Source of the DNA: a virus
Virus record (IMG/VR): IMGVR_UViG_3300032050_000061
Coordinates: 1 to 64,000 of that record
Direction: 5' to 3' (one strand)
Length of the DNA: 64,000 nt
A model generated the notes under the pieces. That model saw only the letters and a program-made list of their open reading frames with translations, did not search any database and was not told where the DNA came from. Both the position numbers and the translations under genes were made by a program. Shown here one piece after another: positions 50,002 through 58,223 of this stretch (the stretch's first letter is position 1; each line of letters begins with the position of its first letter).

Positions 50002-52419
50002 TTAGGTTACTGGATTTTTACTTGCAACACTTGCAATTTTAGATGTAACTAATTGACCATCTATGTACACATTTCTATTTGCCATAAATGCTGCTTTTAA
50101 TTCTCTTAATTCAGCAATAACTCCTTCCATAGAAGTCCCTCCACCTTGACTCACCGTATCTGCTAATGCACCTGGATTTTTTGTTGCTATTAAGAAATCA
50201 TCCGGTGAAGTAGAAATTACATTACCACCTGGTGAAATAACACCATCTTGTACACTTTCAGCTTTTGTAGTAGCTCCTTCGGTTTGACTATTCATTGCAG
50301 CTGCTCCAGCCGCAATACCACCTATAATTGCAATTGCACCGATACCTAATGTTAATGCAGACATCGTACTAATTGCTGCGATGGCAGATGTTATTAAACC
50401 TGCTGCAAATGTCCAAACTGCTGCAATACCAGCAAACAATGCTCCTAATAATCCAATAGCCAAACTAGATACGGTTGCAATTACAGTGGGTAAAATACTA
50501 ATAACCCATATCGCTGCTAACGTACCAACTAATCCAACAATTGTAGCCATCACAGGCCCCATTTCTTGTAATTTTTTAACCATTCCTCCAAAACCATCTT
50601 CTACCAATGCCTTTACGGTACCAACCAAATATCCTATCGGAGAAAAAACAGTTTTAATTAAAGAACCTATAAAATTTAATGTTGGAACTAATACACCTGC
50701 TAAGAATTTGGCCACTTGTGATAATCCTATTAAAAACATCGATGCCATTGGTGCAAACAAATCGGTAAATGCCGTTCCGATTGCACTCATACTATTTTTG
50801 AGTGATCCCATAGCATCTTGCATCTTTTGTTGTTTAGCCAATCTTTCAGTTTGGGCTTCTAAATCTGCTTCACTTACATCTGCAATATCTTTACCACTTG
50901 CAATTAAATCATTTGCCGCTGCCAATCTTGCATCATCTAAACTACCAAACTTATTATAAATTCTTTGAGTATTCATCAAAGTATCTAATTCTTGACCGGT
51001 AGCATCTACTAATGCCTGTTTCTCATATGTAGACATCTTACTGATATCTCCAACACTTGCCAATTCTTTTGTTAGTTCTTTTTGCATTCCTAACAAATCT
51101 CCGGTAAATGCCAACTCTCTAGCTTTTGAAAAATCTAAGTTAGTTCCTAATAATGCAGATGCTTCTAATTCTTTTGATATACTTTCTTCAAAGTCTAAAA
51201 GTTTATTAGCGCTTGCGGTCATATCTTTAATAGAAGCACCCATTTTAGCTGCATAAACTGCTGCTTTTACTAATTCCTGTGGTGAACCTCTAAAATATTG
51301 ATATGCTTCTCCGGCATTTTCTGCCATATCTTTGATTACCTGATCAGGAGAAACTCCAACCATATTGGACATTTCTACCGCTGTCATGGTTAATGATGTA
51401 GCAGCTGCTTCAGAAAATCCTCCCATATTTTGGAAAACCTTATTTACTTCTGAAGCACTTTTTGCATTCACACCAAAGTTTTTACTCATTACTGCTAATG
51501 CCGCAACAGTACTTTCTGCGGGTATTGACATCCCATCCATTGCAGTAGTAAAATCACTCATTATTTTACCAACATCTTCCGCACTAACACCTAATACTCC
51601 AAACTTATTACTAACATTTTTAATAGTGTATTCAAGTTCATGCAAATCGGCAGTAGCTAATCCTGTTGTAGTTTTAAAATCGGTTGCAGCTTTTTCCAAA
51701 TCATGCATTCTATGCCATCCCAATCCAATTGCGGCACCAATGCCAATAATACCGATTGCAATAGGCCCTAACATTCCGGCAAATCTCATTGCCAATTTTC
51801 CAGCATCTCCTAATCCTGCTTTTATACCACCAAAAGTAGCCTGTGAGAAACTTTTTCCACTAACCAATGAAGATTCAAATGAACGTTTAAAACTCATTTT
51901 AAATTTATCGGCAACTAATCCAAACATTCTTTGTGATTTTTCAGCGAATGGATGAAATGCATTTTTTAATTTTTCACCGATAAATGGTATATCTCCTAAT
52001 CCATGATCAATAGCATGAAATACATCATGAAATTTATCCTTTACACCATCTACAACACTATTTACTCTTCCTAATATTTTTGCCGCATCTTGCTGCTTTT
52101 GTAATATACCCTGTAAAGCAGTTAATTGTAATTGATAATTTTTTAATAACTTTTGATTTACACCAAAATTTTGAGAAGACATATTATTTGCATTCTGTGT
52201 TAAAAGATTGATAGCTGCTTGCAAATCTTTCTCATTTTGTAAATCGCTAATTATATCTTTTGTAAGAGATATTTGTGTTGAAAGTTTTTTGTTTCTCTTA
52301 TCGGTTTGAGAATCCAATTCTGACAGGGCATCGCTCATCTTTCCCAAAAGAGATTGAGTCATTCCAAGTAATTCATTATATTCTTGTTGTGATTTATTTT
52401 GATGTCCGTGTTCTGCCAT
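50002..52419 (-). CDS. Tape measure protein
   Basis: 805 aa, helical, Ala/Gly-rich with hydrophobic stretches; downstream of tube and chaperone. Confidence 0.85.
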   Translation of the reverse strand: MAEHGHQNKSQQEYNELLGMTQSLLGKMSDALSELDSQTDKRNKKLSTQISLTKDIISDLQNEKDLQAAINLLTQNANNMSSQNFGVNQKLLKNYQLQLTALQGILQKQQDAAKILGRVNSVVDGVKDKFHDVFHAIDHGLGDIPFIGEKLKNAFHPFAEKSQRMFGLVADKFKMSFKRSFESSLVSGKSFSQATFGGIKAGLGDAGKLAMRFAGMLGPIAIGIIGIGAAIGLGWHRMHDLEKAATDFKTTTGLATADLHELEYTIKNVSNKFGVLGVSAEDVGKIMSDFTTAMDGMSIPAESTVAALAVMSKNFGVNAKSASEVNKVFQNMGGFSEAAATSLTMTAVEMSNMVGVSPDQVIKDMAENAGEAYQYFRGSPQELVKAAVYAAKMGASIKDMTASANKLLDFEESISKELEASALLGTNLDFSKARELAFTGDLLGMQKELTKELASVGDISKMSTYEKQALVDATGQELDTLMNTQRIYNKFGSLDDARLAAANDLIASGKDIADVSEADLEAQTERLAKQQKMQDAMGSLKNSMSAIGTAFTDLFAPMASMFLIGLSQVAKFLAGVLVPTLNFIGSLIKTVFSPIGYLVGTVKALVEDGFGGMVKKLQEMGPVMATIVGLVGTLAAIWVISILPTVIATVSSLAIGLLGALFAGIAAVWTFAAGLITSAIAAISTMSALTLGIGAIAIIGGIAAGAAAMNSQTEGATTKAESVQDGVISPGGNVISTSPDDFLIATKNPGALADTVSQGGGTSMEGVIAELRELKAAFMANRNVYIDGQLVTSKIASVASKNPVT

Positions 52420-52433
52420 TTATTATAAAATAA

Positions 52434-52700
52434 TTAATAGTCTAATCCTAAAAATTTTCTTACATCCGTTGGTATAGATTTTTTTACCAATTCTTTATCT
52501 CCTCCCGATATCTTTTCTATTCTATCTTTAACATCTTCTACACGCTTATCAGCATCTTCTACTGCTTTTTTTAATTCTTTATCATTTAATAAAGCACTTT
52601 TCACTCTATTTACAAAGAATTTAGCCAAAAAATTACTCTCGTTTAACCACTTACCATGAGTTTCTTTGAATAATTTCGCTTCCGTTTTTGTGATTTTCAT
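52434..52700 (-). CDS. Hypothetical protein (start revised to ATG 52700)
   Basis: ATATTTATA motif at 52722-52730 precedes MKITKTEAK... Confidence 0.55.
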   Translation of the reverse strand: MKITKTEAKLFKETHGKWLNESNFLAKFFVNRVKSALLNDKELKKAVEDADKRVEDVKDRIEKISGGDKELVKKSIPTDVRKFLGLDY

Positions 52701-52744
52701 TTTAAAATAGTTTATCTCTTTTATAAATATCATATAAAATAAAA

Positions 52745-52767
52745 TGAGAGTTATCTATTAACTCTCA
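52745..52767 (-). terminator. Intrinsic terminator overlapping the stop of the frameshift extension
   Basis: TGAGAGTTA-N5-TAACTCTCA followed by TTTTATTTTT on the minus strand. Confidence 0.65.
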
Positions 52768-52990
52768 CTTTAGATGGGGTTTTTGGCATTGATGATTTTT
52801 TTACAGCTTTATTATTAGCCTCATTTTCTTTCTTTTTAGCATCTACCAATTTGTTGTAATAAAAATTTCTCAAATGTATTGGCATATTGTAGATTTCAGA
52901 TTGAGTGAATCCACCATTACCATAATAACATATATCAAAAATTTGAGAATGTAATATTACTGAATAATTAGATGGAAGGGTAAAAAAACC
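52751..52990 (-). CDS. Unannotated C-terminal extension of the tail assembly chaperone, reached by frameshift
   Basis: Frame opens right after an in-frame TAG at GGT TTT TTT ACC; encodes TLPSNYSVILHSQIFDICYYGNGGFTQSEIYNMPIHLRNFYYNKL...VNR*. Confidence 0.75.
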   Translation of the reverse strand, partial: GFFTLPSNYSVILHSQIFDICYYGNGGFTQSEIYNMPIHLRNFYYNKLVDAKKKENEANNKAVKKSSMPKTPSKVRVNR

Positions 52991-53729
52991 CTACGCCCAT
53001 AGGAATCGGGCGTACCTCCTTTTCTCCACTCTCGGGGTCTTCATATTCATATTCCATTACTATATCTGGCTGAAAGGTTTTTATAAACTCTCTCAAAGCT
53101 CTAGTATCTCTTGTTACGAATTTATTATTAATAAAATCTATAATACTCTTTGTATCAGTTTTTCCATCAACTTCAACTATGATGAATCTATATCTAGTTG
53201 TTAATTCGGCACTTACTCCACTTTTATTCAACTTAGAAAGTGCTTTAATTTCCTCATCGATTTTTTGCTCATCACCATGTGATAACAACTTTATCACTAA
53301 ATTATAGCCCGATGGGGTTTTGAAATTATATCTATTATCTCTTCTTAATATTGATGTATCTATTTCCTTTGTTTGTACTTTTGATAAATCAATTTTTACC
53401 GTTTCCTTTTCGTCTCTACTATTTAAAATCTCAACTTCATATGAAGGACCATATGCTAAGATTCTTGTTGCTAGCATAATAGCGTTTTTATCACCAACTA
53501 TGATATCAGCTGGATTAATATCCTTATCAACGATAATTGATTCGAATAATTTATCTAAAACTATTCCTTTTTTAATTAAATTTTGTGATGCTAAAATTTC
53601 TTCTTCTTTAGCAGTCATATACTTAATTTCAACCGTTCCTTTTGATAGAGGATTAGATTCGGGATAAACTTTACCTTCTGATGGTAATGATATAACCTCC
53701 GTTGGAAAATCGTATTTTTGTTCTTGCAT
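52968..53729 (-). CDS. Tail assembly chaperone / T4 gp26-like baseplate hub assembly protein
   Basis: LPSEGKVY, YMTAKEEEIL, GDKNAIM, C-terminal GFFYP; between tube and tape measure. Confidence 0.8.
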   Translation of the reverse strand: MQEQKYDFPTEVISLPSEGKVYPESNPLSKGTVEIKYMTAKEEEILASQNLIKKGIVLDKLFESIIVDKDINPADIIVGDKNAIMLATRILAYGPSYEVEILNSRDEKETVKIDLSKVQTKEIDTSILRRDNRYNFKTPSGYNLVIKLLSHGDEQKIDEEIKALSKLNKSGVSAELTTRYRFIIVEVDGKTDTKSIIDFINNKFVTRDTRALREFIKTFQPDIVMEYEYEDPESGEKEVRPIPMGVGFFYPSI

Positions 53730-53771
53730 AATAAAACTATATTTTGTATATAGATATATATAACGTTTTTT

Positions 53772-53809
53772 AAAAATAAAAAATAGTAGAGATTACTCTC
53801 TACTATTTT
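53772..53809 (-). terminator. Intrinsic terminator closing the small gene island
   Basis: AAAATAGTAGAGA-N4-TCTCTACTATTTT perfect 13 bp stem plus T tract. Confidence 0.8.
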
Positions 53810-53834
53810 ACACATTTACTATTTTAATTCTACC

Positions 53835-54101
53835 TTATGCCGCTTCAATTAAGGAAATCGGAACGATAAACACACCCCCACTCTTTACACTTAAAGTGGC
53901 TTTGGTTCGGTTAATCTTATTAATAGATAACTCCTTACCAGCCAACTTAGGGTGATTTACCCTAACATTCATACCAACTCTCAACCCCACTTTTTTCTCT
54001 AATGAAGCAATGGTTCGTTTTTGTTTAATTAAATCCACTACTAACGAATTAATACTACGCAATTCTTCAATTGATAATTTTGATAATTCTGAATAGTTCA
54101 T
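53835..54101 (-). CDS. Small hypothetical protein (helix plus SH3/KOW-like barrel)
   Basis: LRVGMNVRV...INKINRTKA...VPISLI. Confidence 0.6.
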   Translation of the reverse strand: MNYSELSKLSIEELRSINSLVVDLIKQKRTIASLEKKVGLRVGMNVRVNHPKLAGKELSINKINRTKATLSVKSGGVFIVPISLIEAA

Positions 54102-54130
54102 ATCTTTTATATTTTAAGTTTTAAATTTTA

Positions 54131-54421
54131 TTACAAATACATATTAGCTTCAGCAGCCCAATTCTCATTTACCAAATACCAATAAGCATTGTTTAAGTAA
54201 ATAATAACATAACCACTATCATTCTCATCTAAACTAATGATTCCTTTTTTAACCAACGAACCCAACGCACCTCTAACACTTTTGGTTGAGATTCCTATAT
54301 CCTCACTTATATCTTTCGCATCTACATCGGAAAAACCCGGTTCAGCGTACAACATTGAAACATAAGATTCCATTACTTTAAGTTCCAATTCGGTTAATTC
54401 TACATCAATCATATTTTTCAT
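54131..54421 (-). CDS. Winged helix-turn-helix protein
   Basis: LTELELKV, AKDISEDIGISTKSVRGALGSLVKKGII. Confidence 0.75.
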   Translation of the reverse strand: MKNMIDVELTELELKVMESYVSMLYAEPGFSDVDAKDISEDIGISTKSVRGALGSLVKKGIISLDENDSGYVIIYLNNAYWYLVNENWAAEANMYL

Positions 54422-54445
54422 AACTTATCTCTTTTGATTACATAA

Positions 54446-54483
54446 TAAAGGTAGTAAATATATTTGGATTTTCCAAGCATTTT
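54446..54483 (-). promoter_or_regulatory. Bacteroidota-type promoter, repeat copy 1
   Basis: TTGGA-N18-TACCTTTA; 54455-54483 is identical to 54828-54856. Confidence 0.7.
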
Positions 54484-54496
54484 CTCATATTTATTT

Positions 54497-54775
54497 TTAA
54501 TCTCTGGAGTAAAATTTCAAACTCATTATAACATTATCAGGCTTTGTAGCCAATACATCCTCTATATGTTTATTAGCTCTTTCTCTCGCTCCGAAGTGTC
54601 CAAACTCCATCACATCATAATAACCAAGCGTTACCTTATAGAGGTGGGTAGGGAACTTACCACTACCATAGTGTACTCTATGTTCAATGTTACTACGTTT
54701 TACATTTGGTAGCTTCATCAACGAAGTGATTCGGTTAGAGGAAGCATTGACGGTGAAGAAATCGAAGTCGTTCAT
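54497..54775 (-). CDS. Hypothetical protein
   Basis: 92 aa ORF with its own promoter. Confidence 0.6.
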   Translation of the reverse strand: MNDFDFFTVNASSNRITSLMKLPNVKRSNIEHRVHYGSGKFPTHLYKVTLGYYDVMEFGHFGARERANKHIEDVLATKPDNVIMSLKFYSRD

Positions 54776-54818
54776 ATTTTTAGGGGGTTAGGGTTATCTC
54801 TCATCTCTTATTACATAG

Positions 54819-54856
54819 TAAATATAATAAATATATTTGGATTTTCCAAGCATTTT
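54819..54856 (-). promoter_or_regulatory. Bacteroidota-type promoter, repeat copy 2
   Basis: TTGGA-N18-TATATTTA; 29 bp direct repeat. Confidence 0.7.
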
Positions 54857-54903
54857 GTAAAATATTTTTAAAAATTTTTTATTGAAAATCAATCAGTTAT
54901 GAC

Positions 54904-54935
54904 AAAAAAAGGGATACTTTTTGAGTATCCCTTTT
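54904..54935 (-). terminator. Intrinsic terminator after the tail tube gene
   Basis: AAAAGGGATACT-N5-AGTATCCCTTTT stem with T7 tract on the minus strand. Confidence 0.85.
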
Positions 54936-54955
54936 GAAATGTATATTGAGAGTAA

Positions 54956-55447
54956 TTAGAATTCCAATATTGCGTAATCGTAAGTTAAAGTTACGGTAAT
55001 CATTGCCGGGTCAGTTGCATTCGCCCAATCTAATTCACCAAAGTTAGCTTGCGATATAAATGCTCCTTTTAATTTCCATTGTTCAATCTTATCACCTACT
55101 GGCCCTAACATATAGAAATCTACATCTTTTTTGTAAAATTCAGCATATCCATCTCTACCTGTCAAAGATTCGTGAGAAGTTCTTACCCACTCCATTACCG
55201 CCTGTGCTCCTGATGGAACAATTGGGTCATAAAGAGTGATTTCTAAATCTTGCCACTCACCTTTACCTTTTAACTGTCTTTTGATGTTGATGTGGTCTAA
55301 TGTTACCTTTTCAAATTGAATTGTAGGTCTGTTACCAGCCTTTACTAAATATGAAGGGATACCGTCAACTTCGAAGATGAAACGATTCTTCATCTTTGGT
55401 TCGAAGTTCGTATAGAACATCTCGTTAAATTCTAATACTTCTGCCAT
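54956..55447 (-). CDS. Tail tube protein (T4 gp19-like)
   Basis: EPKMKNRF, WQDLEITLYD, WKLKGAF, LTYDYA; follows the sheath. Confidence 0.9.
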   Translation of the reverse strand: MAEVLEFNEMFYTNFEPKMKNRFIFEVDGIPSYLVKAGNRPTIQFEKVTLDHINIKRQLKGKGEWQDLEITLYDPIVPSGAQAVMEWVRTSHESLTGRDGYAEFYKKDVDFYMLGPVGDKIEQWKLKGAFISQANFGELDWANATDPAMITVTLTYDYAILEF

Positions 55448-55464
55448 GTTATATTAATCTTTTA

Positions 55465-55473
55465 TATAAATAT
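55465..55473 (-). promoter_or_regulatory. Putative late promoter ATATTTATA (representative copy)
   Basis: 17 nt upstream of the tube ATG; recurs upstream of other genes. Confidence 0.5.
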
Positions 55474-55487
55474 TACTTTTATTCAAA

Positions 55488-57800
55488 TTATACATTAAAT
55501 GTTGCTCCTGTCGGTAGAATGTTGAAATCAATTGTAATGAATTCCGCAGTCTTTGCAGGTTGTAAGAAGATAGCTCCAGCTAAAATGTTTCTATCTATTA
55601 CATCTGGTGTATTATTTGTTTCATCCATAACCACTCTGAACGCGTATAAACCTTGTCTTTGTTGAACACTCTCTAAATAAGGGTTTACAGTGTTTAAGAA
55701 TTTACTTCTAGTTTGTGCAGTATTTTGTTCGAATACTAAGAATCTTGATGTTGATGCTACAAACTTCTTTAAGTTAATTAACAATCTTCTTACATTAATT
55801 CTATCTAATGCAGATGCTTTATCTTGTAAAGTTTTCTGTCCGAATGCACTAATACCTTGTCCAGGAAATGTTGCAATTGGGTTTACTTTACTTTCGTATA
55901 ATGTATCTCTTTCAGATTGCGTTAATCTATTTACTACTTGCACAGCTCCACTAATTCCACCTCTATTCAAACCTGCTGGTGCGAACCATTCTGCACCCAA
56001 TCTATCATTTTGTGCAAATGTTCCTGCCATTAATACTGAAGGTGGTACTGCTACTAATTTATTTGTATTTACATCAATTGTTTTAATCCAAGGGTAGTAA
56101 GTTCCGGCATAGTTAGTATCTTCTCCTGCTGCCTGCTCAACTACTTCAGCAATTGTCGCATCTGCTCCAGCGAAATCAGCAATATAGAATACATCTTCTC
56201 TCGTTTCACAAACATCAATTGCTTTAGTTGTTACATAAGGATGCCACTGTCTTATGATACCAGGTGTAATTAATAAGTTTATATCAAATTCATCCTGATT
56301 TGAAATGGCGTTTAATGCTTTTGCATATGATACTGAGCCTGCTGCTGTTGAGGTGGAGCAATCAAATCCTTGTGTATTAGTCCCATTTATATCTGCTCCC
56401 TTTTTAATTGTTACAGTAGGGTTTTGTCCATTAAATCCTCCCTGCAAAGCCACAACAAAGTTTCTTTCTGCGATGTGAATTGAATTATTTGTTTCCGAAG
56501 AACCTGATGTTACATTAATATTATATTCATTTGAAACTGAATTAGAACCACTACCATCTAATGCAAACACTTTATTTGAACCCGTTGTTGTATTTGCAGG
56601 AAGAGGTTTGAAATAGTTTTTATTATTTGTAATTGCGTAATCAATACCACTAGAGAATACAGTTGAGTTTAATGATGCGGAAGTGTAAGTTACAATTGGG
56701 AATCTAGAAGGAGTTGCCACATTAAATGGAACATCGTATCCAGCATGTCCAAATGGAATCGCGGTTAAAGGATAAGTTCCTTCATCCGCTGCCTGCACTC
56801 TTATGTATTTACTTCTATTTGAATAATTACCATTTTCAGTAATCTTTCCATTAGCATCGATTGTAATAGTTCTATCACCGATTCTTCTAGCTATAAAGTT
56901 TGGAGAGGTAGGATCTAAATTTAGATTATTGTATTGTTCTAATACACTCTTTCTCTTATCAGTATCAGCATAAGCTCTAATCAATAAAGAGAAAGTTCCA
57001 AAATCAGTTCCATTAGATGATTTTATATTACTGATTTGAATTTTAAATCTTGTATTCTCACCTTCGCCATCTGCTAATGTATGTACTTTAAATAAATTGT
57101 ATCTATTACCATTATATGTTTGAGATAAAATCCAAGGTGTATTTGCTCCACTATATGCAGGTAAATCAGCAGTTCCACTAAAATCTTGTGTGGATGCTGA
57201 TGCGAAACTTAAAGTAATTTGTGAAAGTGATGCCGCTCCAAAACTAGCACTTAGTGCAGAACCAGCTTCTCTTATATCGAAGAAATTATATGCATATAGT
57301 TTCTTTCCGAAAAATGGAGTTTCACCGAATATATCATCAATTGTATTTGAATCTGCTTTAATAACACTAGCACTCACTGCGGTCAATCCTGATCCCGATA
57401 CTCTAAAAGCTCCATTAACACCACCTTCTAATAAAGGTGCTACATCATTTGAACTTGTAGCTGGTGCCAAAATAGCTATCGATGCCGATGTTGAACCAGA
57501 AGAGGCAATTACTTCATAAGCAGTAGTTAATGAATAACCACTTACTCCCGCTACTCTTACTACGGTTACAGCACCTGCATCTCTAAGATAGTTTTGAACC
57601 GCATATCCGGTATAATAATCTTTAGGAGTTCCAAAAATAGCCTCATATTCTGCTTGTGTTTGGATTAGGGTTGGTTGGAATGCTGGCCCTTTTTCTGTCG
57701 GCCCAACTATCGCCGCACCTATTTGTGATATACCCTGTGGTAAGAAAGAAAGGTCGTTTTCTCTCGTAAAAACACCAGGTGATACAATTTTTTCTGCCAT
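55488..57800 (-). CDS. Tail sheath protein (T4 gp18-like)
   Basis: SPGVFTRE, YYPW, WFAPAGLNRG, FGQKT, RINVRRL, FEQN, PAKTAEFI. Confidence 0.95.
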   Translation of the reverse strand: MAEKIVSPGVFTRENDLSFLPQGISQIGAAIVGPTEKGPAFQPTLIQTQAEYEAIFGTPKDYYTGYAVQNYLRDAGAVTVVRVAGVSGYSLTTAYEVIASSGSTSASIAILAPATSSNDVAPLLEGGVNGAFRVSGSGLTAVSASVIKADSNTIDDIFGETPFFGKKLYAYNFFDIREAGSALSASFGAASLSQITLSFASASTQDFSGTADLPAYSGANTPWILSQTYNGNRYNLFKVHTLADGEGENTRFKIQISNIKSSNGTDFGTFSLLIRAYADTDKRKSVLEQYNNLNLDPTSPNFIARRIGDRTITIDANGKITENGNYSNRSKYIRVQAADEGTYPLTAIPFGHAGYDVPFNVATPSRFPIVTYTSASLNSTVFSSGIDYAITNNKNYFKPLPANTTTGSNKVFALDGSGSNSVSNEYNINVTSGSSETNNSIHIAERNFVVALQGGFNGQNPTVTIKKGADINGTNTQGFDCSTSTAAGSVSYAKALNAISNQDEFDINLLITPGIIRQWHPYVTTKAIDVCETREDVFYIADFAGADATIAEVVEQAAGEDTNYAGTYYPWIKTIDVNTNKLVAVPPSVLMAGTFAQNDRLGAEWFAPAGLNRGGISGAVQVVNRLTQSERDTLYESKVNPIATFPGQGISAFGQKTLQDKASALDRINVRRLLINLKKFVASTSRFLVFEQNTAQTRSKFLNTVNPYLESVQQRQGLYAFRVVMDETNNTPDVIDRNILAGAIFLQPAKTAEFITIDFNILPTGATFNV

Positions 57801-57867
57801 ATTAATTCTAATTTAATTTCTTGAGTTAATCTTATAATAAATATTAAAATCCACAACGAAACAACAT

Positions 57868-58122
57868 TTATTCGTCTGTTGGTCTAAATTCTCCGGTTTC
57901 CAAATCTATTGTTCCATTACCATAAATTGATTTAAGTTTTTCAAATACTTCGGTTTCTTTCAATTTCAAAGATTCTAAACTCTGGTAATAGGCTAAACTC
58001 TCCCCTTCCAATTCGTTGATTTTTACCTGAATCAAACCGATGTTAGCATACAAAGTAGTGTATTCACTTCTGATTTGATTGATTTCTTGTAACTCTTCTT
58101 GCGATAACTTTTTAACTTCCAT
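57868..58122 (-). CDS. Small coiled-coil protein
   Basis: Heptad pattern, C-terminal YGNGTIDLETGEF. Confidence 0.65.
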   Translation of the reverse strand: MEVKKLSQEELQEINQIRSEYTTLYANIGLIQVKINELEGESLAYYQSLESLKLKETEVFEKLKSIYGNGTIDLETGEFRPTDE

Positions 58123-58223
58123 TTTTGTGCGTGTTTATATAATAAAATGTATATGTATAAATATTAGGTTTTTTCACTAACCACATATTTATACCTATTT
58201 TCGGAAAATATTTCTGATTATTT

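Noticed and set aside
54779-54796. Telomere-like TTAGGG sequence (TTTAGGGGGTTAGGGTTA)
   Set aside because: Only about two imperfect units in a 5' UTR; consistent with chance.
2672-57519. Numerous plus-strand ORFs of 60-196 aa in the ORF track
   Set aside because: Nearly all are antisense shadows of well-supported minus-strand genes, with no recognisable motifs or promoters.
161-58164. T4-type late promoters TATAAATA driving plus-strand transcription
   Set aside because: There are no credible plus-strand genes; the motif position fits the minus-strand genes.
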